In this document: piece after piece, positions 10,516 through 21,250 of the stretch
Position numbering within the stretch: position 1 is the first letter of the stretch
Layout: each line of letters starts with the position of its first letter
Assembly: GCA_963837175.1 (NCBI GenBank)
Contig: CAWIMJ010000046.1
Location: 32,001 to 96,000, forward strand
From: an uncultured Nitrososphaeraceae archaeon
Lineage (GTDB): Archaea > Thermoproteota > Nitrososphaeria > Nitrososphaerales > Nitrososphaeraceae
Direction of reading: 5' to 3'
Length of the DNA: 64,000 nucleotides
Translations under genes and position numbers: made by a program
The notes under the pieces: model-generated
Told to the model about the DNA's origin: nothing
Databases searched by the model: none
Seen by the model: the letters and a program-made list of their open reading frames with translations, nothing else

Positions 10516-13197
10516 TCAATTTTTAATATCAATAGAATAGATATTACTAAGAATTGTTGGCACATTATTAGTACCACCGTTCTTGAATTGAACAGTTATT
10601 TTTTCACTATTGGCATCAACTACGATTTGGAACCTGCTTGAACCTTTGGCAGTTTGAAAGGCGTGTTCAAACTTAATAGGAAGAGAATTATTTCTTAAGG
10701 ATTCGGGAATGTGGGGTTCGAAATGGACCTTATTCTCAATCATATTTATTTTCATCCCTAACATCATCTCACTCAGGGCATAAATATACATCCCAACTGA
10801 CCATGCCTGAAGTATACAAGAATTAAATGGTTCAGGTCTATCACCTCTATATGTTTCCGCAAACATACCATTTTCAGACAGGATCCGTTCTGCCATTGAT
10901 TCTATATAATATAAAGCCTGCTCTCTCCTTCCGAATTTAATTTCACTTATAGCAGCCCATCCTGTAACTAAAGGCCAAACAGCACCATCATGATAAAGGC
11001 TGGGATGATACTTGGGATCTGATGCACTTAACGTTCTGACACCCCAAGGAGTGGTAATATCATCTTTTTCAATCCTTGTGAGAACATATTCAGCTTTGGC
11101 TCTATCTCGAACGGCATCTGTTATCAAAAGAACCAATGCGTTGGGTCGTATACTCGGATCCTTTGAGCCATCCCTTCTTATAGTATCATGATAAAATTTG
11201 GTACTGGCATTCCAATACTCTATATCAATTTTATTCCGCAGTTCTTCGGCTGACTTTTGCCATTTTTGCATATTATAATTGTCTCCTACGATCCTCGCTA
11301 GGTCACTTCCTATTTTCAAACTTTCGTAAAACAGAGCTTGAATATCATTTGCACTTTTCCTTCTATCTATATGATCCATCCATGTGGAATCTTGTATAGG
11401 TAATTTTTCAGCAACTCCTGTAAATCCATGCTCTATCAATCCGTCACCGTCAGAATCTTTCAAAAACCCCCAATTTACAAGGTCGATAATGGATTTCCAT
11501 CGCTTTTCCAGATAGCTAATATCACCTGTAGATAACACATATTCATGTATTGCCCACGGAAAAAGAAAAGTAGAATCAGCCGACCCATAAGTTGTATTAT
11601 GTAGAAAAGCCGGCCCACTTATTATCATAGGTAACTCACCTTTTTTTGCTATTGATGAGGTTTTTTTAGCCTGGTAGCGCAGAAAATTTTCAATTATTGA
11701 ATATGCAAAGTAATAATCTTCCATAGACAAATAACCTCTTAGCGACCAACCAGTATCTCTGGCCCAATAATTAGGGAATCTCGGTAGTCCCGCACAAATT
11801 CCAGCTCCAAGTTCGTCATATTCTGCTTTTAAGTATTCCATGCTCACCTTTGCTTTTTCTAAAGCTTTGATTAGTTTCGCAATAGTTGGATTTTGTTTTG
11901 CAGTTGATTCAGCATATAAAGTAGAAGAGGAGACTGCTATGAAGTGTTCCTGGGTGTCATCTAACAGCTGTCTATAATTATCCCGAATAAACCGGTATTC
12001 TTTTATACAATCTTTAGAACTGTTAAAACTACCAGCGCCAACAAGAGAAATCTCATCACTCTTTCCTGCTTCAATTTCAATGTCATAAGATAGCTCTATG
12101 TCATTATCAAATGAATCCATTAGAATTTTAGAAGGCCGCAAATCTTTCGGTGCAACTCCAATTGTTCCATAATAATGAGCAACACCTTTTTTGGCACTTG
12201 TTTGGATTTGCAGGCAATTCTCTGTTGTAATCAACTTTGAATAATTACTTTGAGAAATAGCAGCAAGACCGTAACTTGTTATATTGCCATCAATAAGAAA
12301 ATGGATTCGAATCTTTCGTTTGGTTTTTTTAATATTCTTCTTAAAACCCATTTTTGAAAAATCAGTATGTCTATCTAATAGATCAAGTTCTAGGCGCATA
12401 ACAAATCCTCTGTTTTCTATAGGTACAAACAGTGTTCTTTTTACTTGCAATCCTGCTACTTCATGCCTAGTATAGAGAAATCCCTTCTCATGTCTGGAAG
12501 ATACAACAAAATTTGGAAGCCGTTTGCGTACACCATCATCCATAGAAATCTCAACTATAATACGGCCAAAAGCTCGTGCGGGAGGAACATATAATCCTCC
12601 ATTATCATATCTAGCTCCCATCCATGTCCAATTAGCAGAAAGTGATCCATTGGATGAACAAACTATATATGCCTTTTTTCCAGATAATATCAATGGATTA
12701 GCAAAATTCTTAAAGATAGTATCTTCGGTCATTGTAGTAGATTCCTGATCATCAACTAGATTAGAAGAAAGAAAGATCCTTTCTCTCTGTTCTCCTGCAT
12801 AATCACTGAAGGCAAAGGGAATAATTATTTGCTCGAAGCCTTCAAGTTTACTCAAAATTACAATTTTGTGTTTCTTTTTTTCTTCCAATCCGTCTTCTTT
12901 TATTATTAAGAATCTTGCACTTTGGAAAGGCTTGAAAGGAATAGGTCTATCTTCACAAAGCGCAGATGCGTTTACGACATCCTCAGAAGTTGCAATAAAA
13001 ATCGATTTTTTTGGAAAGGGAATCCCGTTTATATAGATATCAAGTGATACAATATTTCCACCTAATGGTACAGGCGGATTTAGCAAAGAGAAAATAAATC
13101 CCTGGTTTTTACTCTCGCCCTCGACTATTATTACATTTTTTAAGCTTCCCTCAATATAAGAGAGTACAGTATGCGTTTTATCTAATGTCCTTACCAT
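10516..13197 (-). CDS. Amylo-alpha-1,6-glucosidase / glycogen-debranching-like (alpha/alpha)6 glycoside hydrolase with extra N-terminal domain
   Basis: AGLPRFPNYWARD, SADST, TWMD, RPNAL, PWGVRTL, YHDGAVWP and QAWS motifs. Confidence 0.85.
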   Translation of the reverse strand: MVRTLDKTHTVLSYIEGSLKNVIIVEGESKNQGFIFSLLNPPVPLGGNIVSLDIYINGIPFPKKSIFIATSEDVVNASALCEDRPIPFKPFQSARFLIIKEDGLEEKKKHKIVILSKLEGFEQIIIPFAFSDYAGEQRERIFLSSNLVDDQESTTMTEDTIFKNFANPLILSGKKAYIVCSSNGSLSANWTWMGARYDNGGLYVPPARAFGRIIVEISMDDGVRKRLPNFVVSSRHEKGFLYTRHEVAGLQVKRTLFVPIENRGFVMRLELDLLDRHTDFSKMGFKKNIKKTKRKIRIHFLIDGNITSYGLAAISQSNYSKLITTENCLQIQTSAKKGVAHYYGTIGVAPKDLRPSKILMDSFDNDIELSYDIEIEAGKSDEISLVGAGSFNSSKDCIKEYRFIRDNYRQLLDDTQEHFIAVSSSTLYAESTAKQNPTIAKLIKALEKAKVSMEYLKAEYDELGAGICAGLPRFPNYWARDTGWSLRGYLSMEDYYFAYSIIENFLRYQAKKTSSIAKKGELPMIISGPAFLHNTTYGSADSTFLFPWAIHEYVLSTGDISYLEKRWKSIIDLVNWGFLKDSDGDGLIEHGFTGVAEKLPIQDSTWMDHIDRRKSANDIQALFYESLKIGSDLARIVGDNYNMQKWQKSAEELRNKIDIEYWNASTKFYHDTIRRDGSKDPSIRPNALVLLITDAVRDRAKAEYVLTRIEKDDITTPWGVRTLSASDPKYHPSLYHDGAVWPLVTGWAAISEIKFGRREQALYYIESMAERILSENGMFAETYRGDRPEPFNSCILQAWSVGMYIYALSEMMLGMKINMIENKVHFEPHIPESLRNNSLPIKFEHAFQTAKGSSRFQIVVDANSEKITVQFKNGGTNNVPTILSNIYSIDIKN

Positions 13198-13403
13198 CCC
13201 AATACACCTAACTAGCCGTATTATCAGTAAATGATGGAGAACCCTCTTATTTTAAACTATAAAACACTTTATAGGGTCTATCAATATCTAATACCTAAAT
13301 CAATCCGTAAAGCTAGATGTTGATATATAATAGTATTAACAAATATTACATATTAACATTAGAAGTGCTAATTTAATATTGAAAATAGAGTATGTAATAA
13401 AAA

Positions 13404-14267
13404 TTGACATCTATTGGTAAAGTCTTGGTCGGAGATAACTATCCAGTCAGGGTAATGGGAATAATTAATACCAGTCCGGAATCTTTTTACAATGGATCTA
13501 TTAAAACTAGCACCAACGAAATTGCTGGAACAGCTAGGGAGATGCAGAATAGTGGAGCCGATATAATAGATATAGGTTCAATGTCAACAGCGCCCTACCT
13601 TCAAACTATCATTCCAATTGAGGAAGAGATCAAAAGAATGAGACAAGCAATAAACATGGTAAGGAAAAGTTGTAACCTACCAGTTTCAGTTGATACTCCA
13701 AGATCAAGTGTGGCTAAAGAGGCTATCATCTTTGGTGCTAATGCTATCAATGATATTACTGGATTAAAGTATGACAAAGAGATGGCAGATATTGTATCAA
13801 AGTCGAATATCCCAGTCATCGTAGGGGCATATAATGGGAATCAATCATTATCACCGCCCAACTTAGGAAAGATCCATGGTACAATAAAACTTCTAAATGA
13901 AAGTATTACGATTGCAAGAAGAGCAAGTATTGATAACGACAACATAATCATAGATCCATCTGTTGGATTTTTCCGGAGTGGTGGTAAAAATCCATTCTTT
14001 ACACTAATGAAAGATGTACCTTGGTATACTCGGGATGTTGAAGTAATTTCAAAGCTAAATGATATAAAGAAACTGTCAAAACCGGTTTGTGTTTCTGTTT
14101 CAAGAAAATCATATATAGGTAAGTTATTTAATCTGGATACGAAGGACCGCTTAATTCCGTCATTGGTTTGCGAAATAATATCTACTTTAAACGGTGCAAA
14201 CTTAATTAGAACACACAACGTAAAGGAGACAGTTCAGGCACTTACAATGTTAAGTTTACTTCATTAA
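13404..14267 (+). CDS. folP: Dihydropteroate synthase
   Basis: VMGIINTSPESF, DIGSMST, SVDT, INDITG, DPSVGF, SRKS and RTHNV motifs. Confidence 0.92.
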   Translation: MTSIGKVLVGDNYPVRVMGIINTSPESFYNGSIKTSTNEIAGTAREMQNSGADIIDIGSMSTAPYLQTIIPIEEEIKRMRQAINMVRKSCNLPVSVDTPRSSVAKEAIIFGANAINDITGLKYDKEMADIVSKSNIPVIVGAYNGNQSLSPPNLGKIHGTIKLLNESITIARRASIDNDNIIIDPSVGFFRSGGKNPFFTLMKDVPWYTRDVEVISKLNDIKKLSKPVCVSVSRKSYIGKLFNLDTKDRLIPSLVCEIISTLNGANLIRTHNVKETVQALTMLSLLH

Positions 14268-14377
14268 TAAACTCTAAAGGATGTAAATTGATTTTACTCA
14301 TTGGTATATCTTTTACATAAAGAGTGATTTATTTAATGTACATATATCTAATTAAATAGGCAATAAGTTGATTTGTT

Positions 14378-15203
14378 ATGGTGAGTGAGGCTGTCACTTT
14401 TCAAGGAGAGCGTGGAGCCTATAGTGAAATGGCAGCTTTACAATATTTTCCGAATGCAAAGGTTCTGCCCAAGAAATCATTTCAAGATGTATTTGATAGC
14501 ATAGAAACTGGCGAAGCAAATTATGCAGTAGTACCTATTGAAAATTCTATAGAGGGAAGTATAAACGAAACTTATGACTTATTATTACAGACAAAAATAA
14601 CTGTATCTGGTGAGATTTATCAGAGAGTTAGACATTGTCTTATTGTAAATAAAAACATAACCTTAGGTCAAATAATGATTGTATATTCACACCCTCAAGC
14701 CATTGCACAGTGCAGAAGTTATCTTCAAGTAAAAAAACTTGAGTCTGTTCCTACATATGATACTGCGGGCGCCGTAAAGATGATCAAAGAAAAAATAATT
14801 ATGAATGCAGCTGCAATAGCTAGTAGAAGAGCGAGCAGAAATATACGACATGGATGTTTTGGAAGAAGGAATAGAAGATAAAAAAAATAATTTCACAAGA
14901 TTTTTGGTCCTCTCAAAAACAAAAACAAAACCAACAGGCTATGATAGGACCTCTATAATATTTTCTGTCAAGCATTTGCCAGGTGCTTTATTTGGTATTC
15001 TTAATGAGTTTGCTAGTAGAGAGATAAACCTTACTAGAATAGAATCACGTCCTACTAAGGAAACCCCCTGGGAATATAACTTTTATGTTGATTTTGAAGG
15101 CCATTACGAAGATGAAACTATTAAGAAAGCGTTGCAATCTATAAAAAACAAAAGTGTGTATTTCAAAATTCTAGGATCTTATAAAAAAGCAGAATTATAT
15201 TAA
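14378..15203 (+). CDS. pheA: Prephenate dehydratase (one +1 frameshift at about 14833, probably a sequencing error)
   Basis: FQGERGAYS, PIENSIEG and SHPQAIAQC in frame 1; NFTRF and ACT-domain NLTRIESRP in frame 2. Removing one base in GCGAGC restores AAEIYDMD. Confidence 0.9.
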
Positions 15204-15671
15204 CTAGCGTTTTTCAAATCTTACGGCCAATCCTGTTATAATTATTCCTGTTATTATCAACATTATAGGTCCACTAAATGCTATTCCATTAAGCTTGTTC
15301 TGAGCATAGCCTTCTACATATAAATCTGAACTGCCTATATTGTTGATCTCGATTTTATAGTCTCCTTCTTTTTCTGCTGTAAAATTATAATTAAAATCTG
15401 AAGTTCCTCTTGCTTCAGATTTTATGATATGTTTGACTGGATCTGTAATAGTAATGTTGAAAATTGAACCTGTAATGATAATATCGGCCGTGCTCCCAAT
15501 ATTCATATTCGGAGTTAAAATATCTGTCATTCCGGCTTTTATAATTCCATGAAGTGGCACTTCGGCAGGTTGTGAATATAAATATAAAAGGATGACTCCG
15601 ATACCAATGAATACAAACCCTGCAGCCAAAAGAATATAGAATCTTATGGATTTTGATGATCTATGTGACAT
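15204..15671 (-). CDS. Hypothetical membrane protein (N- and C-terminal TM helices flanking a beta-sandwich/GOLD-like domain)
   Basis: Two terminal TM helices; FTAEKEGDYKIEINN motif, similar to the ORF at 34090-34761. Confidence 0.65.
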   Translation of the reverse strand: MSHRSSKSIRFYILLAAGFVFIGIGVILLYLYSQPAEVPLHGIIKAGMTDILTPNMNIGSTADIIITGSIFNITITDPVKHIIKSEARGTSDFNYNFTAEKEGDYKIEINNIGSSDLYVEGYAQNKLNGIAFSGPIMLIITGIIITGLAVRFEKR

Positions 15672-16229
15672 TCTACATTATTTTACCATATGATATTATA
15701 AATATTCAAGTAGTATTTAATTAGGAAAAACAAACTGCTATACTAAAAGAGAAATATGGTATACCCTATATATGATATTGATACAATCGGTTATGATAAA
15801 ACCCTGAAGTATCTCAAGATAGTTTTAAACATATTTAAACCAATTATTGCGTATCTTCATATAAATACTGACATCATCAATTCAACTGAAATCAAATAAT
15901 GAAAGCCATAATTATCACTAATGAAAGTTAGATGAAAGATAGATCAGCTATAAGAGTTTCAACCTATTGTGAAGGTGGATTAATTGAAGCAGTCTTATAT
16001 GATATCACGAGATAAAGTTAAGGATGCATAATCACGGGAAAGTAGAGACTTTCTAGATAACAGGTAGAATTACTTTTTAAACAAACAATTATAGCTAGCA
16101 GAAAGGTAAGAATCAAATAACAAGCATAAGATTGACGGACGAATATAGTACAACTTTGAATATGTTTTTTTATCACTAATTACAGTAATTCATATTCTAA
16201 TATCCACAGATTTCTATTCTTTATTCCAC

Positions 16230-16905
16230 TTATGAAAGTTTTTTACATCTGAACCTGAATCGTATGTAGTTTATATACTCATTATTATTAATATTAGGTT
16301 TAGTATAATTGCCATATTCTTCTATGATAAACAAATCTCTCGCCTTAGATGATTTTCCTTCTTTAGTGATAAATACAAATTCTTCATATTTTTGATGTCT
16401 TTTGATACTATTTGTTAATTCGATAATATTTTTTTCATTTGGGACTATAATAAAAACTCCTTCGAAACCGTTCGATCCAATTGGCCATGTATAGACGCTT
16501 ATAACATTTAATTTGTTAAGACTAGTCATTGTTATTGGACTAGAGACCCTTTCATGTTCGATAATAGATAAAGCTAACTAAATTTCAATAAATTAGATAA
16601 GGGGAGCCACAACTATTTATGTCTACCAACATCACTATCTCTTCAGTCTGCTCAACAACTGCATATGGATTGATAGATACTGAAGACCCATGATACTAAA
16701 GAATTTGCTAAGCTTACAATATGCTAATGAAAGAATTTGTTAATGGTTCGTATATGTTTCTAGATCTTAATATGTGTTCAACAATATTATCTTGATGACC
16801 AACAAAAATTATCTCATCGGATCGGTACATATGATTAAAAAATAACAAGGACATAATATAATAGAAACTTCCGAGATTTCTAAAGTAATAAAAATTATTA
16901 GCCAT
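16230..16905 (-). pseudogene. Fragmented hypothetical gene
   Basis: Two short co-oriented protein-like ORFs separated by stops; family not recognised. Confidence 0.3.
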
Positions 16906-16980
16906 AGTTCATTTTATCATAATCTAATGTCGAGTATATGTATACAAATTTCTCAGGTTAATCGATAGATAGTATGTCTT

Positions 16981-18417
16981 CTACATCAAGTTCACATCGT
17001 GAGGCTGGCTTTCAATATAACCAGCAGGCGTAATTTTGATAAATTCTGCGTTTTTCTGCATTTCCGATATTGTTTTTGCACCGCAGTAGCTTAAGCCAGA
17101 TCGTAAGCCACCTACAAGTTGCCTAATAATCTCAACTACACTACCTTTATAGGGGACCATTGCTTCGACTCCTTCTGGGACATAGTCATTTAAATCATTA
17201 GAGTCTACAACCTGTGGACCTTCTTCTCTATACTTTCTGCCGAGTGAGGCATAGAATGATGCCATGCCCCTGTACATTTTGAATTTTTTTCCATTCTTGA
17301 CAAGTGTTTTTCCAGGACTCTCATCAGTTCCTCCGAACATGCTGCCAACCATTACCGAAGATGCCCCAACTGCGAGTGCTTTTGTTGTGTCTCCTGACGT
17401 TCTGATGCCACCATCAGAAATTACTGGAATATCGTATTCTCTTGCTACTTTAACACTTTCCATGACTGCGGTTAATTGCGGAACCCCTGACCCTGTAATT
17501 ACTCTTGTGATACATATGGAACCAGAACCTACACCCACTTTCACTGCATCAACTCCAGCTGTAATTAAATCCCTGGCACCTTCACCGGTAGCAACGTTTC
17601 CAGCGATGAGTTCGCAATGAGGAAATGCTTTTTTTATCATATTTACTGTGTTGATAGCATTATCGCTATGACCGTGAGCAATATCAACTATTATAGTATC
17701 AGCTCCTGCATCTAAGAGTGTTTCTGTTCTTTCTAAAAAGTCACCTTTTACCCCAACTGCGGCTCCAACAAGCAGTCTACCTTTTTTGTCTTTAGAAGCA
17801 AATGGATACTGATCCATTTTCATAATGTCCTTACTTGTGATAAGACCTACAATTCGCTTTTTATCATCAACTACAGGTAATTTTTCGATTCTATGTTTGT
17901 GAAGAATTTCTTTTGCTTGCTCCATTGTAGTTCCATATTTTGCAGTAATAACATTCTTAGTCATCAGTTCCGAAACTTTGCGTTCCATGTTCTTTTCAAA
18001 TGTAATGTCTCTGTTGGTGATGATGCCGTCAAGTGTCCTATCCTTGTCTTCTACAAGCAAGCCTGATACGCCATATTCCTGCATCATTTTCTTTGCCTCA
18101 TTTACTCTCATATCATTTTTGATAGTATATGGTTGCTCGATCATAACTGATTCAGAACGTTTTACTCTCAAAACTTCGTCTACTTGGTCCCCAATAGTCA
18201 TAAACCTATGAATAATCCCAATACCTCCTTCTCTCGCCAAAGCTATTGCCATTCCAGATTCTGTAATTGTATCCATATTTGCACTGACAAGCGGAATATT
18301 TATGATAATATTTCTAGAGAGTTTTGTTTTCAAATCCGTCTGAGTTCTGGAAATTACTGAGGACCGTTTAGGGACAAGTAATACATCGTCAAACGTCAGA
18401 CCTTCTTTAATGTCCAA
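16981..18417 (-). CDS. guaB: IMP dehydrogenase with CBS domains
   Basis: GLTFDDVLL, SANMDT, DIAHG, GVGSGSICITR (catalytic Cys), YRGMAS and PEGVE. Confidence 0.97.
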   Translation of the reverse strand: MDIKEGLTFDDVLLVPKRSSVISRTQTDLKTKLSRNIIINIPLVSANMDTITESGMAIALAREGGIGIIHRFMTIGDQVDEVLRVKRSESVMIEQPYTIKNDMRVNEAKKMMQEYGVSGLLVEDKDRTLDGIITNRDITFEKNMERKVSELMTKNVITAKYGTTMEQAKEILHKHRIEKLPVVDDKKRIVGLITSKDIMKMDQYPFASKDKKGRLLVGAAVGVKGDFLERTETLLDAGADTIIVDIAHGHSDNAINTVNMIKKAFPHCELIAGNVATGEGARDLITAGVDAVKVGVGSGSICITRVITGSGVPQLTAVMESVKVAREYDIPVISDGGIRTSGDTTKALAVGASSVMVGSMFGGTDESPGKTLVKNGKKFKMYRGMASFYASLGRKYREEGPQVVDSNDLNDYVPEGVEAMVPYKGSVVEIIRQLVGGLRSGLSYCGAKTISEMQKNAEFIKITPAGYIESQPHDVNLM

Positions 18418-19577
18418 TATTCCCTTACTGTCTAGCCGCCTTGTAGGATTATAAGCGTTTAGTTATTTAAAGAATGGGCTTTTAATTTTATATTGTAAGT
18501 GTTGTAAGCTATTTTGCTAATACTTGTATAATTACTAGATCAGTATATACCTGACTATTTAATATGAAGCAAGAATATCTGTTGTAAGGTTTAATTGATT
18601 CTTGTCATAATTTTTTATTAGTATATTCTTGATCACATACTTTTACCATTCTATTATGATATATCATTCGCTCCATCGTGATCAAGTAATAGTTTACTAT
18701 GCATTACCGTTATCAAGTCAATTGTAGCATATGTTTCATTGCTGGTAATGTCGTTAGTATCCATATAACTACTCTAGTATTCTCAAATCGAGAAGACAAG
18801 AGAACCACAATGAAAATTATAAAATAGAGACTTATCTTCAAGTCAAAAATAAATAGCATTTACTATGGCGACAATAGAGTATAATGGTAAAGACAATAGT
18901 ATAGTAAGCTAGGAAGTACTTGCCAGAGTGATATTAAAGAATGAAATGGATAAGGAAGAATTTACTCTTAAAAGCATTTGAAGAAAATGATGTGTCCATA
19001 TTGTCTGGATTACCAGAGTTTACAAGAAATAAGAAATGTTGTTGATGTCCATTTTTATGATAGACGTATGAATAAATATAATGAGGCAGAAAAGCTAAAG
19101 AATAGCAGGGAGATAGATATCTGATATCTGATATCAGTGTTAGTTTGACTTAGCCTGTTGTAGGCAAATAAAGAACAAGATGATAGAAAGTATAATAAAA
19201 TTCAGCATCTTTCATATATTTTAGATTTATCTCCTTTTCTATACATATAATATAATATTTATATTAATGACGATTGATTTATGTTGCTAAAATTATATCA
19301 CTTTCGTAGAGATATCTGTATACTTTGCATCATCACATTATGCGGTAGATCCAAACGTAGAATATTAATAACAAACGCCAAATAAATAAGTAATACTGTG
19401 ATTTTTCTTTTATTACATATCAAAAATTGACACAACAAGTTTATAACCTATTAAGAGGCGATTATAATTTCGTATTTATAAATAATCTACTCAATACATT
19501 TTTAACTATTATCACGAATTACATCATCCATCTAAGAGCATTGTCTATAATGATACTCTTAGTGAAGTTTCTTATGA

Positions 19578-20198
19578 TTATTGCATTTTATGAATCAATC
19601 TGAAAGTTTCTTTACCATAATCGTTCGTTAATTTTCGCTCTTCGTACACTCCACACTCAATGCATTTTACGCTATTATGTACGCGAACAGTATCACCGCC
19701 ACAATTAAAACATAGTGTATAGAGAACCCCGAATTCTTTTTCATCGATTGTTATATGTATTGTTGAATTTAATAGACTGATTACTCGTCCTCGTATAATA
19801 TCGCCAACTCTAAAAATAGTTCTGCCGCGTCTTTCTCCCCTTTCACGCCATCCTCCGCCTCCACTATTACTACCACCTATTCTAGTGGATGCTATTGCAG
19901 AAAATCCGGCATATGATTTCTTCTCATTTATATATAATATCCTTACTGAGATCATATTTCCAAACAGCATCTCTATATAGCCAACTAGAACATCACCAAT
20001 TTTAGGCAGCATCGGTGAATTTTTCTGGTTAATCTTTACTATCCTTCTTTTAAAGTCATATACTCGTGTACCTACGGCTTTCGATCGGATAGTTCCATCT
20101 GTGACATATGTATTCTTCCCCCCTTCGAACTCTTCAATGAATGCCACTTGTTCTCCTGGAAAAATTGGTGTTACTGCATGTTTGTCTTTGATCATCAT
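19578..20198 (-). CDS. csl4: Exosome complex RNA-binding protein Csl4
   Basis: FPGEQVAFIEEF, S1 domain (PKIGDVLVG, FRVGDIIRGRV) and C-terminal Zn ribbon CFNC...CIEC..EERKL. Confidence 0.92.
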   Translation of the reverse strand: MMIKDKHAVTPIFPGEQVAFIEEFEGGKNTYVTDGTIRSKAVGTRVYDFKRRIVKINQKNSPMLPKIGDVLVGYIEMLFGNMISVRILYINEKKSYAGFSAIASTRIGGSNSGGGGWRERGERRGRTIFRVGDIIRGRVISLLNSTIHITIDEKEFGVLYTLCFNCGGDTVRVHNSVKCIECGVYEERKLTNDYGKETFRLIHKMQ

Positions 20199-20755
20199 AT
20201 AGGACGTATATCAATGAGTTTTAGATATAATTGTTACACTAATTTTTGTTATTCTATTTGCTAAAAATATACCTTCTTACATTACGCACTTTTCTAGCTG
20301 ACTGTAACATTCATCTATCAACAAAGCATTCTGTATAATTTAATACATCGTAAAACTTCAATTTCTTCCACAAGATCTATTGGGAATAAAACCAAAAATG
20401 TATGATCTTCTGCTTATATTATAAAGTAAATTTATTATCAGTTTATTAGAAAAACAGGTTCTGTTAACTTGACGGGTTACCTATCAACGTGTTAACTATC
20501 GGGTGATACATAATTTGTCTGATAAATATTCATGTATTTCTTCAGGTTCTCCCATGATTTCTTTATATCTTCATTCCTTGGTTTCGTTATGGCATATTTT
20601 CCACTAAAAGGAATTCCTCGATATCATAAACGAATGTAATCGATTAACCTACCGTAGCGGGCTTCTTTTCCTCTACCATATTACTACTTGTCTCCCCATT
20701 GTTATAGCTCTTTCCCTCTCTTTGTTGAAGCCTAAATAGCAACGAAAACCGTATA

Positions 20756-20873
20756 TTCATCGTGCTGGGCAATAGAATTCCTCCCGGCAGTGCTCCAACT
20801 AGGCTGGTAAACTGGACTGATGCTGCGCACGTCAGCGAGGGAATTCCTCTGTTTCGCCAACAACGGAAATGAA
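20756..20873 (+). ncRNA. Candidate structured RNA (multi-branch hairpin, possible pseudoknot)
   Basis: Locally GC-rich. Nested pairings TTCAT/ATGAA, AATAG/CTGTT, GAATTCC/GGAATTC, CCGGC/GCTGG and CTGATG/CGTCAG. Three stems need G-U pairs that form only on the + strand. Confidence 0.5.
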
Positions 20874-20944
20874 CAAAATAAGATACATAAATCAAGCTAA
20901 TAAATTTTTTGTACGGGAACAAAAAGTGTGGTGAAAGCTGATTA

Positions 20945-21031
20945 ATGGCAAGCGATGATTGTAAGACACGAATTCGCAGCCATTGTCTTGGGAGGACGGA
21001 CTGCAATTGTAGCCTTCTTAAAGTGGACTAA
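20945..21031 (+). CDS. Putative 28-aa Cys-rich peptide inside the IS6-type element
   Basis: MASDDCKTRIRSHCLGRTDCNCSLLKVD; SD-like GGTGA at 20930-20934. Confidence 0.35.
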   Translation: MASDDCKTRIRSHCLGRTDCNCSLLKVD

Positions 21032-21250
21032 CAAATGTTCTTGTTAAACCTGACAAGACATCCATCTTTTCGTTGTTTCTTTCACCGATATCAAAACAGA
21101 TTCTTCAGCCATAAACTTTTGTTTAACGATAGTAGGAGGTTTATCATCACCCAACAGTTAACGCTTGCTTCTATCGCCTGTCAAGGTAACAGAACCGAAA
21201 AACAATATATATTTATTAGTACAATTAAATCTAGGTGAGAATGATTTTCT

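Larger units (their letters stand above)
20457..21196. mobile_element. Non-autonomous IS6-family element (MITE-like, 740 bp) with cargo
   Basis: Left end GGTTCTGTTAACTTGACGGG-N14-GTTAACTATCGGGTGAT; right end (rc) GGTTCTGTTACCTTGACAGG-N14-GTTAACTGTTGGGTGAT. Identical 8-bp flanks GAAAAACA at 20449-20456 and 21197-21204. No transposase inside. Confidence 0.88.

Noticed and set aside
20640-20900. Assignment of the GC-rich segment as RNase P, SRP RNA, TPP riboswitch, HDV, hammerhead or twister
   Set aside because: Only partial motif echoes. Required elements (RNase P P4 consensus, SRP helix-8 GNRA, TPP CUGAGA, HDV P1, hammerhead CUGAUGA/GAAA) could not be placed.
20644-21006. 120-aa minus-strand ORF, and 21035-21238 ORF, from the track
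   Set aside because: No recognisable motifs. They run across the structured segment or the TIR of the mobile cassette and are probably open by chance.
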